From NCBI GenBank assembly GCA_013265495.1, contig MU057744.1, forward strand, positions 2,989,370 to 3,053,369: 64,000 nt of DNA, written 5' to 3'. Positions within the stretch are counted from its first letter, which is position 1. Each line of letters starts with the position of its first letter. Positions 53,299 through 64,000 of this stretch are shown here, piece by piece. Under the pieces are notes generated by a model, which saw only the letters and a list, made by a program, of their open reading frames with translations, did not search any database and had not been told where the DNA came from. A program made the translations under genes and the position numbers. Source of the DNA: Vicugna vicugna (taxonomy: Eukaryota).

Positions 53299-54079
53299 GC
53301 TAAGTTGACGGGGGAGTGGAAGGAGAGAAGTGGTCTCAGCCCCACCATGCAGGGCAGTCAGAGTTGGGCCGTGTCACCTGCCGGGCTCAGATCTGTCCTG
53401 CTGATGCAAGCCCTGCCTTGAACCTGACTCCCCTCCTGCTGTCTGCCCCCCACCTGTCTGGTCTCCACGTTGGACAACCCTAGAGGACAAGGCTCCTTAC
53501 CCCACAGTCCCTCTTGCTCTAGAGTCAGTATGACAGATACCTCCCCTCTCCTGCATGCTCTTTCCTGATCCATCTCTTTGCAGAGCTACCTCTTGCTTCC
53601 TGAACCTCGAAATTACGGCTCAAGTAGCTCTCTTGATGGTAACTGATATTTTTACATTCAAAGCACAACTCTGCTTCATCCCAGTGCTTTTACCTGCTAC
53701 CAAGGCACACCCTGCACACTGGCCTGACCCCTGCGATGACCTTGGGGGCTGACCTGGGCCCCAGGACTTGCTAGGGGTCCCTGGCTGGATTGGTCTTCCA
53801 GGGTGGTTATGAGTAAGACATTTTCTGGTCTCGGCAAACACACCCCTGCTGCAGTTAAGCGCAAGTGAAATATAGCATGTTGAGCCTGTTTTGGAAGGGA
53901 CCAACTCCTCTCCAACAGCAGGAAGCAGGGGAAAATGGCCCATTTTCATTTATTAGGCTTTTCTTTCTTTTCTATCAGCTGCAAACTTTGTCTTGCCCGT
54001 AATGATAACACTCCTATGATGGGAATGACCAAATTTCCTTGGATTCTTTCCGTATCTCCATCCCATAATGCCTTCTGCT

Positions 54080-55050
54080 GTATCTCATTTACTGCTGTGA
54101 CAACCTAAGGAATAGTCACTGCACGTCATCCCGTTTTACAGATGAAGACACGGTGGGTCAGATAAAGTTCCTCAGCCAAGGTAGCATGTTTCATCCATGA
54201 TAGAGCCAAGAGGATTCCAGCCTAGAACTGTTCCATTCCCTGAGCCCGAGCTGTTGACACTGTGTTGTGAAAACTGGACTTTAAAAATATGCAAGGCCTT
54301 CAAACAGTTTACTCCCAAACTCCATTTATACCCTTCTGTGCTGTCACTCACGGCCACCCTCCCCGCCCCTTTGCTCCAGCACTGACGACTGCTGATGGTG
54401 CCCGAACTGTGACAACTGCGAGTCTCTCCAGGTGCTGCTCCTCAGGGCTGAAGTTTTTGCTCTCTCCTTCGTGGTGAACTCCCACTCACAGGTGTCAAGC
54501 CTCAGTTCAAACGTCAAATAATTCTATTTGAAGCTTTAACTGAGCTCCCAAGTTGGTTAACTGCTCTTTTGTCTGTGTTCTTACAGCATATGGTAAATAT
54601 CTCAATCACAGCCTTCATCACTTACTAGCTAATAAGCTTTGATGATTTAGTTAACCTGTATAAGCCTCAGTTTCCTCATGTGTAAAGGCTGTCAAAGAAC
54701 CTCCCTCAGAGGCTTATGAATATTAAAAGAGATAATGAATGTAAGACACACAGCTGTTTGTTATCTAGTAAGCATTTTTTAAAATACTAACTTTTAAATT
54801 ACTATCTTACTAGAGGACAATTTCTTATCTATTTTCTTTTACTATGTGGTTAATTTCTACAGTGACAGGCACGATGACATGTATTTTCTACTTGTATATT
54901 TGGCAAAATGCTTGGCACAGAATGGAAACTCCTGAGCTCTCGCAAGTTCCTTAACTCCTCCATCTCCAAAATGGAAATCTTCAAGAGGCTGTTAGGAGGA
55001 TTAAGAGAAGGTGTGAAAGTGACTAGCACAGAGAGCCTTCAATAAATGTC
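54080..55050. mobile_element. MIR and L2 fragment cluster
   Basis: Antisense MIR 'catcccgttttacagatgaagacac' (~54080-54260); sense MIR 'taagcctcagtttcctcatgtgtaaa' (~54640-54780) within L2-like sequence; further MIR at ~54930-55050. Confidence 0.6.
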
Positions 55051-56449
55051 AGCACCTCTTCTCCCTTCATACACTTGGTACACAGATGGATGAACTCGAG
55101 AGGGAGTGAAACCCTTTCATCATGTTGCTGGTTTCTTTTTCTTACACCGAGATGATGGCAGATGACAGCTCTGTGGTAGCCGTCTCTGAGATGGGCCTTG
55201 TAGTGTGATGGGGTCACCAGGTCTTGAGACTGGCCCTGTCAGTGCTCAGCGGGCTGACTGCTGCTGTCCCCCAGGGAGCGTGGGGTGTTTGGTGCAGTGA
55301 GAGGCCCAGCACACTTTGCTGGATGTCTCTTCTACCCACAGGATAAACACTGTCCACAGGTCCTTTCTGTTCTGCACTGGACTTTGGCCGACCGTCTGTT
55401 TGTGGCACAGGGCATCCCGGGGACAGAGTAGACGAGGTGCCCTCCTCTACATTCTAGTAACCCCACTGAGTAAATGCTAAAACCTGACTTGAAGAGTGGA
55501 CCTGAAAATCTTTGTTATGAAGAGAACCTACAGATCCTGGAGCAGCAGAGATTAGAGACGGAAATCAAAGAGCATTCATTTAGTTTGGGATGGAGTCCAC
55601 CATAACACAATATTTTCTTCTGGAGTAACCCAGAAACCTGTATGGGTACTCCTCTTCTTACTCAGTCTTCAAGGAGTTGTCTACACCTGCTGGAACTTCT
55701 TCCTCACCCTCCATTTACCTTTCAGTGCACTGATGTCCTTTTCTAATACTTGAAGAAGTATTTCAGCAAAGGTTCCCTCTAAGGAAAGAAAAGACTTTAA
55801 AATCATTTCTGAAGACATACTTGAAGCTCTTGCTTTATTTGCAGGGGTGACATGTCATTGGACTGCAGCCTGGCTTCAGTTTCATGAGCAGCGGCTGCTT
55901 TGATGTGATAGTCTGAGAAGTGACTAGATAAAGGTCTAATTTAACATGTCTTTCATTCTGAAGCTTAGATAGCTGATAATTATCAGATGTCTTGTAAATT
56001 TTCTGTTACGTTCACTGATAATATAGTTCCTATCTCGGTCTATCATTCATCTTACACCAACCCTACAGGCATCTGTCATCAGAGGTTACCTAATGCAGGT
56101 TCAGGACTAGCTTCAGTTGCTGCCCACAACCTTTTTCTTCTGTAACAAAGATTTTTAATTGACAAACTCTTTCCTTGACCCTATGGCCAAGTCCCCCACC
56201 AAGCTATCATGTCTCCTGTTACTTTTGATACTAAACCTCTCCAAGAATAGACCAAATTAATTAATTGCACTGTTGAATTAGCTACTAATTTCCCAACTCC
56301 TCAAATTCAACTTTCTATTCCAAATGAAACTAATATGATAGGTTTTATCTATATTGCTAGATCTAATAAAATTTATGTTAACATTTAAAAAATGAACAGC
56401 TCTAAACAATGTGCCTATAATGATTACAATAATTAATAAAAATCTTACT

Positions 56450-59400
56450 TAAGAAAAGTTAGACTTCCAGAATGTGACCCATACTAGAGAAGCATATAAT
56501 AAAAACTGTCAATGTGAGGGCCCAGGTGTGGAGTTCAGCATACAAAGATATCAGTGGAGCTATGACCATGTTCAAAGGACTGAAGCATTCTGTGCTTAAA
56601 GAATTAATGGACAGTATGTGAACGATCTCTTCCCAAATACAGAATATCAACAAAGATGTAGAAATTATGTAAAGGAACCAAGTGAAAATTTCCTAGAGGG
56701 ACTCAAAAGCAGACTTGAGTTGGTGGAAGAGATAATCACTGAACTTAAAGGCTGATGAGGAGGAATAATCCACAAAGAACAGGAAGTGTGAAGAACAGTG
56801 CACAGAGCCTGAGGGACTGTGTGCGGTACAGCATCAAACAGATCAACACCTGGGCGTTCCAGGAGGAGAAACAGAAAAGGCAGAAAAATGCTTGCAGAAA
56901 TATCGGCCAAAATTTTACAAGTTTTATGGAAAATAGCTATCTAAATATCCAGGAAGCTCAATGAAGCCCAAGTCAGATAAACATGAATAGGTCCATGCCT
57001 ACGTATTGTGGCCAAACTGCTGGAAGATAAAAATAAAGGGAAAATCTTGCAAACAGATGAACAGAATGACAGACCAAAGACATTTATTAGAGACTAAGGG
57101 GAATATTCATAATGCTGAAAGTCTCAATTAATCAGGAATAAAACAGTTAAAAACATAGAGACATCTAACAACAGTCCTAAAACACAGGAAGCAAAACCTG
57201 ACCAAATTAAAATGAGAAATAAACAATTCAACAAGAGTAGTTGGAGACATCAATACTGTAGTCTTAAACAATGGACAGAACAGTGAGACAGGAAATCAGG
57301 AAGTGTATAAAGAGCTGAAAAACACTTATCAGTCCCCTTGAAATAAACATCTGTGGAACACTCCACCCCAAGCAGTAAAATACATACTATTTTCAAATGC
57401 AGATGGAACATTCTTCAGGATAGATCATATGCTAGGTCCATAAAACATGACTCAGTCAACTCAAAAAGGTTCACATTGTATTCTCTGACCATAACAAAAT
57501 TAAGTTAGAAACCAACAATGAAAGGAATCTGGGAACTCCCCAGATATTAAATACTGGACAGAATATGTCTAAATAACCCATGGGTCAAAGAGGAAATCAC
57601 AAAGGAGATTTAAAAATATTTTGAACTGAATAAAAAAAATACAACATATCCAACGTTGTGCGAGGTAACTAACACAGTGCTACAGGAAATTTGTAGTTTT
57701 AAATGCCCTCAATATAGTAAATGGACACCACTCAAGAATCTTAAGTTTCATCATAAGACACTAGATACAGAAGAGCAAACTAAAATGAAAATATGAAAGA
57801 AAATAATAAAGTCTGCAGTGGAAGTCAATGCAGTAGAAAACAGAAAAACAGTAGAGAAAACCAGTAAAAACAATAAAGAAAATAAATAAAACCAAAAATC
57901 GGTTCTTTGAAAAGATCAATCCTGTGAACAAAACTTTAGCTAGACTGACCAAGAAAAAAAGAGAAACACAGATTGTCAAAATCCAGAACAAAAGGGGAAT
58001 GTCAGTACCAAATCCTACAGAAATTATAGGGATTGTAACAAAATACTTTGAACTACTTTCTGCCAACAATAGACAATTTAAATGAAATGGGAAAATACCT
58101 AGAAAGATTCAAATTCATAACTGAATAAAAATATAGAAAATCTGAATGGCTGGTAAGTAATGAAATTGAATTAGCAGTTTAAAATCTTCCCATAAATCTT
58201 TCCCATAAAGGAAAGCCCAGGCTGATGTGACTTCATCGGTGAACTGACAAATATTTAAAGTAGAAATAATTCCAATCCTTCACAGACTCTTCAAGACTTA
58301 GAGGAGGGGACACTTTGCATCTAACTTTATGAGGCCAATATTACCCTGATGCCAAAGCCAGACAAGACATAGTTAAGAAAAGAAAACTACAGACCAATCT
58401 CCCTCATAAATGCAGGTGAAAAACCACCAACAAAACAACCAAATCGATGTATAAATTGGCCAATGTGTATATATTAACTAAGTGTAAGTTGTTTGACTGC
58501 AAAATTGGTTTAATGTCTGAAAAATCAATTAACAAAATGTGCAAAATGAATAGAATAAGGGAAAAACACATGATCAAAGTCTTAGTAGATGCAAAAAAGC
58601 ATCTGACAAAATCCAACATCCATTTCTGACTTAAAAACAAAAACAAAAACAAAAACAAACCTTCAGCAAACTAGAAATAGAAGGGAACTTTCTCAGTCTG
58701 TTAAAGGACATCGACAACAAAACCTACAGATGACATTGTACTGGAGAATGAGAGACTGAATCTTTTCTTCTGATGATCCTAAAGAAGAGAGGATGTTCAA
58801 TTTTAATACTCAGCATTGTACAGGACATTCTGGCCACTGCAATAAGGCCACAATTAAATATAAATATAGAGATACATAATTTTAAGGTATCCAGATTAGA
58901 AGACAGGTAAATTGTGTTTACTGGCAGTAGACATGATCTTGTATGTAGAAAATCTTAAGCAAGCCACAGAAGTATTATTAGAACTAATAAAAGTTCTAAT
59001 GATATTATATATTGCAAAACCAGAGAATGTAAGATCAATATGCATAGTTGTGTATCTATATACTACTGCTGAACTTTCTGAAAATGAAATAAACAGAACT
59101 TCATTCACAAAAAAATATTATGTAGGAATACATTTATCGAAAGAAGTACAGTGCTTGTATATCAAAAATTAGAAAACACTGTGAGAGAAGAGAACTTTCG
59201 GAGAGGAGGAACATGTTAGCTGAGAGAAATTCATGAAGATTTAAATAAATGGAGCGATTCCCATGATCATGGATTGAAAGACTTAATCTTATTAAGATTG
59301 CAATTCTTTGACTTTATCAATAGATTTCAGTAAAATTCTATCAGTACTTCACATGGATTTTTGCAGAAACTGATAAACTGATCCAAAAGTGTATGTGGGA

Positions 59401-59860
59401 ATTCACAGGACCCAAAATAATCAGTTTTGAAAAAGAAGAACAAAGTAGGAGGACTTGACGCTTCCTGACTTTAAAACTAAATGTAAAGCTACAGTAATCA
59501 AAATAATGTGATACTAGTGTAAAGACAGGTATACGAGTCAATGGAACAGAGTTCAGAATCTAGAGATAAATTCTTGTGAGTCTTACATATATTAGCATAT
59601 GTTCCATAGAAGACCAGACACAAAAGGCTTTAATTTGTAAGACATTCTGGAAGAATTTCAAGAACAGAGTTCCGAGCAGTGCTTGCCAGGACTGGGGAGG
59701 TGGAAGGGTCCTGACTACGAAGGGACACAGGTAACTTCCTAACATGATGGAAATGTCTGTCTCGATTGTGGGAGTGGTTACACTATGGTGAACATTTATG
59801 AAAACTCAATGAGCCATCTACTAAAAATGGGTGAATTTTTCTGTATATAAGTTATTTCTA
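56450..59860 (+). mobile_element. Old L1M element (ORF1 remnant, ORF2 EN/RT remnants, 3' end), ~3.4 kb with internal deletions
   Basis: ORF1-end and ORF2 landmarks ('ctaaatatccaggaagctcaatga', 'tagttggagacatcaatac', 'ggttctttgaaaagatcaat', 'aaagcccaggc...gacttcatcggtgaa', 'gtagatgcaaaaaagcatctgacaaaatccaacatccatt'); many stops and frameshifts. Confidence 0.9.
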
Positions 59861-59981
59861 GGGGGCAGGGTATAGCTCAGTGGTACAGTATGTGCCTAGC
59901 ATGCATAAGGTCCTGGGTTCAATCCCCAATCCCTCCATTAAATTAAAAAACCTAATTACCTCCCCCAAAACAAAAAATAAA
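59861..59981 (+). mobile_element. Vic-1-type SINE inserted in the old L1 tail
   Basis: A and B boxes present; candidate TSD tatttcta at 59853-59860 and 59982-59989. Confidence 0.85.
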
Positions 59982-62149
59982 TATTTCTAAATAAACTCAC
60001 ATAATTATGTATTAATTTTCTTCATCTTTTATCTTAAAATATAGAAAACAGCAACTGAAATTGAGAGAGATTTTTTTTTGTCTTTCCTGTTTTTGCCATT
60101 TCGAAGATAGTGTAAAGTAGCACATTCTCCCCCTTTGCTCCAGTTTACCAGCCCTCCTTCTCCAGTGCAGGCAGTCTCGTTCTTGGCACTAGTTACTTGC
60201 CATCACTAACAAAAACCTGTCCCCCAGGGACAGCACAGGCTGTCCTTTTCTTGTGTTTCTCTGCTCTCCTCTAGTCCAAGTTCAAGGACATGGAAGGTGG
60301 GGAGCTTTTCTTGATCAACTCAATTTGACATACACATCATCTCATTTTCTTCAATAGCCCCTGTCACTAAATGTATGTAAATTTTTATGCGTGTGACTTC
60401 TGCATTGAGTTATTTCTCATGTGTTTCATCAAGTTATATCAAGATTTTTCTCAGTCCATTGCTGAGAATACTCCTGAAGGAGTAAGACTTCCTCTCACAA
60501 GGCTCACTATGTGAATGTGTTTGATAGTGGTAATGAAAGAATAAATAGGACTCCTGTAAGACTGCGTTTCTCATTGTTGTAACGGGCCACTATTTTTTAA
60601 AAGCTCTGGGAGCAAAGACAAGGAAGTAACTACATATTTGATAGAGATGATGAATTTAGATGAGGGAAATTATGTTTTTTCCTAGTTTTATTAAATCATT
60701 GAATACATCCCTGTAAGTTTAAAGTGGACAGGAAAATTACATTTTAAAATGTTAGAGGATCATGAGAACATCTCATCAGAAACTTTAAAAATTGGTTTAA
60801 TGAGAGCTGATGATTATATTTAGGAGTTAAGTATAAATCATGCAGTTTGATCATGTTGGGTGTCAAAATGTCAGAAGCATTTTCTGTGACTTGACTTAAA
60901 ACAGAATTTTTATGAATTAAGTGTTTCAAGGTATCATGCACATGGTTAATTCTAAGGGAATTTATGTCTACTGTTTATTTTGTCTTGTAGAAAAGAATGT
61001 CTCTAGAACGGGCTTCTAAAATTAATTTTTTTACAAGATATGTAGGAGTTCCATTCTACTTGATAAAGTTTAACAATAAAATCCTGAAAAAAAAATCAAA
61101 GTGTAATGAAAACTGGGAGGTTATGTATGGAAGTAATCAGGAATATCCTGGGGGGAAAAAACATAATTAAGAGAAAGGATTGCCTGGTGAAGTTTAATAT
61201 AATCTTTGCTCTAAATCTATGCAGAATCACCTCTAAAGAAATGAGAACAAAAAGGATTGAAGCAGATTCAGCTAAAATAATATTTATGTCTTTTAAGTGA
61301 TTTTCACTCTATTAGTTACATGAAAAAAAAGATTTATTTTTGCAAAATGCCCCCTTGATTAAAACCTTAAATAACGTTAACTAGATTACTATTGTATAAC
61401 TCCATAATGATGCCAGAATTAGCTGCCACCTCTCACCTCCACGGATTATTTCCGATTTCAGGAACATTCTCAGAAGATAAAGAAATTATTGTATGGTGGA
61501 AAGTGAATGAAATTTGGCAAAATTCAGCCTAAGTTTGAATCACCAGCTTCCTAATCTGTAAAATGAGGCTAACGTATATTTTCAAGGTTGTAATAAGGAT
61601 TAAATGATACAGTCCCAATTTGGAACAACCAGCATCTTACCTAGTTCATGGGAGAACCTCAGTAAATGAGAGAGACTAATAAAAACAACAATCTGTGATT
61701 GTAGTAAGACTGTCATTAACAGAAGGATGTGGTACCCCTGCCAGTAGCTGCTAAGCTTGAGTAAAGAGGTAAGATATTCTCTAAGAATACTCACCCATGG
61801 GAAAATACCCACTACCTTCAGGCGCCTTGCTCATGCTGGAGATGCCCCAGCAGGAGACTTTCTGCCCTCAGGCAGCTTACATTTTAGGTGGATCATTAGC
61901 ATTTGCAGCCTTGGCTACTTTTGCAATTTTCTTTCACCAATGATTGTTACTTTTATCAGAACCTCTGTAGTGGAATTAATTCAGCAACAAATATTTGTTG
62001 AGGGAAGGATAGACAGATTAAAATTTGGGAGAAAATGTGCCCTTTAAGCAGAGCGTGTGACAGCACATTATTTCATGCATGTATGTAAGACTGTCTCCTG
62101 AACAGTGAGATGTATGAAGGAGCAGAAATAGGTTTTCTAATTAAAACAA

Positions 62150-62433
62150 ACCAAACCAAACCCTATGGTTACCAAAGGCAAAAGGGGTGGGAAGGGATAA
62201 ACTGGGAATTTGGGATTAGCAGATACAAAGTACTGTATGTAAAATAGATAAACAGCAAGGTTCTACTGTATATATAGCACAGGGAACTATATTCAATATG
62301 TTACAGCAACCTATAATGGAAGCGAATATGAAAAGGAATATATGTATGTATGTATGTGTGTGTGTGTGTAGCTTAATCACTGTGCTATACACCTGAAACC
62401 GACACAGCATTCTAAATCAGCTATGCTTCAATG
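62150..62433 (+). mobile_element. LINE-1 3' UTR end abutting the CpG island
   Basis: Sense 3' UTR with an internal (tatg)n(tg)n run; candidate TSD taaaacaa at 62142-62149 and 62434-62441. Confidence 0.85.
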
Positions 62434-62485
62434 TAAAACAACAGTTCACATGAACTGCAAATGAGAAAAAAGATGTTTACAGTGG

Positions 62486-62494
62486 AATTACCTG
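62486..62494 (-). other. Candidate 5' splice donor of a minus-strand first exon
   Basis: Minus strand CAG|GTAATT with exon end at 62492, exactly at the left edge of the CpG island. Confidence 0.45.
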
Positions 62495-63790
62495 GACGTC
62501 GCCCCCCCAGCCGGATGATGAGTCCACACCCACACTTCGCTGCGTCCAGCACACGAAGAGGACGCCCGGCGCTCAGGGAATTCAGGGCCTGCCCGGAACG
62601 GGAGGGGACCTCGGATGGGCCCCGCCCGGGCCGGATCCCGCCCGCGCTCCTCCACTTGCCCAGGAACCAGCAGGGAAGGCGGGGGACTCCTCCGGATGAG
62701 ACGTGAGCTGAGAGCCGTGACGGCAAAATGCCGTGTGATCTTGGCCAGGTCTTGGGCTGTGGAGGGGGAGCTGCTATTTGGAACCAAAGAGCCACAAGAA
62801 GACATCATCCAGGCGCGGCTGCAGCCGCCAGGTAGACCTCGTGGGCCTGGAGGCCTCGAGCACTGCTCACGGCCTCGGGTCACGTCGGGTGCCGTTTCCG
62901 GAGCCTGCCCGCACCTCGACCGCAGGCGAAGCATCCGGGCGCTGCCCGGCCGAGTGCGCAGCGCGTGCGCATGGGCAGCACGCCGGCCTCCTGTGCGCGT
63001 GCGCGAGCCCGGGTCGGCCTGCGCAGGGGCTGCTGGGAGCGGTCTGGAGGCGCTGGCCTCTGTCGAAAGCGGCGGAAGGCTCCAGAGCTGAGGCACGTTG
63101 TGGCCGCCGCCGCCTGCTGCCCAGTATCCGAAATAACGCGCCTCAGTGACTCCACCTGGGTCCGTGACGTGCGCACGTTCCCTCTGGGTCGTGCGTCAGA
63201 GGGGAGGGCGCTGTGGCTGCCCACTGCTGACTGCTGACGGGCGTCCAGCTGGGACGCCACTGTCTTTGGAAGCTTCAGACTCAACAACATAAACACGCTT
63301 AAGACCCTGTAGTGGCAGCCGAAGGGAACAGGCGAGCCGGAGGCTGGGGACCGGTGTCTGGGGAAGGTTCCGGAACGAGCGGAGGAGCAGCGGCGCTGGG
63401 GAGGCGGCCCGGCACAGCCGCGCGGCGCTGACGCGGCCCGCCGAGTCCCCGCGTGGAGGGCCGACGCCTCACGTTTCAGCGACGAACAGTGGCGGGGATC
63501 TCAGCGGGAAACGATCTGCAAAGCCGGGCGTCAGGCCCGTGGGCCCGTGCTGAGCGTCAGGGTGACGGGCGCGCGAAACTTGGAGGGGGCTGCATGCGAG
63601 TCCGTAACCGCCGAGCGCGCCCCGCTGAGAGCCCCCGGCGGGCCCCCCGCGTGCCCGCGCAGAGGCTGCCAGGGGCTCCGAGTCTCGGCGCGCGGTCCGT
63701 GCCTTGGCGTGGGCGGAGGACGACCGCGGACGCGCGTGGTGGAGCCTGACGGTGAGTGTAGGAGCCGGCTCCGTTGGCAAGTCGGTATCT
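62490..63790. promoter_or_regulatory. CpG island / probable promoter
   Basis: Abrupt switch to very GC- and CpG-rich sequence; NRF1-like gcgcgtgcgc at ~62961 and ~62995; CRE-like tgacgt (63165) and tgcgtca (63192); GC box tgggcggagg (63710-63719). Confidence 0.9.
63749..63757 (+). other. Candidate 5' splice donor of a plus-strand first exon (gene not identified)
   Basis: ACG|GTGAGT with exon end at 63751, located at the 3' edge of the CpG island where first-exon donors typically lie. Confidence 0.55.
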
Positions 63791-64000
63791 TACTGTAAGG
63801 GCCTAAAAGCTCTGAGGATGTTTTTAAAAAATTCAAATTTTAACCCATTGTTTCTTTGAAGAAAAAATGCGCTACACTACATGTCATTCAGCGTATCTGG
63901 GACGAAAAGCTCGCCGTGCATCTGTGTCCTCGCTCCAAAGTGGGAAGTTCGTCAGACGCTGCCGGGTTACCAAGCTGAGAGCTTTCAGTGGAGCCCCAGT

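Noticed and set aside
62421..63836. Many overlapping ORFs in the CpG island
   Set aside because: Arg/Gly/Pro/Ala-rich translations expected from stop-poor GC-rich DNA; none recognised, so no gene symbol assigned

Overview
Mammalian genomic DNA, most likely camelid (Camelus/Vicugna/Lama), judged from tRNA-derived Vic-1-type SINEs and lineage-type L1 3' ends. I find no supportable protein-coding exon. The ORF track is explained by L1 ORF2 remnants, LTR or minisatellite sequence and GC-rich chance ORFs. The window reads as intergenic or intronic sequence filled with retroelements: young 5'-truncated L1s with clear target-site duplications (TSDs), old L1M fragments, MIR, L2, MaLR/ERVL LTRs and one ERV1-type solo LTR, plus hAT and Tigger DNA-transposon relics. 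It also holds a 42-bp minisatellite and a near-identical 328-bp tandem duplication. It ends in a ~1.3-kb CpG island (62.5-63.8 kb) with NRF1/CRE/GC-box motifs and strong splice donors facing in opposite directions, which suggests a bidirectional promoter of an unidentified gene. Composition falls from GC/CpG-rich on the left to AT-rich on the right. I see no evidence of a new multi-gene system; the best leads are regulatory and transposon-mechanistic. Repeat family names are recalled from consensus sequences, not from a database search, and boundaries of old repeats are approximate.
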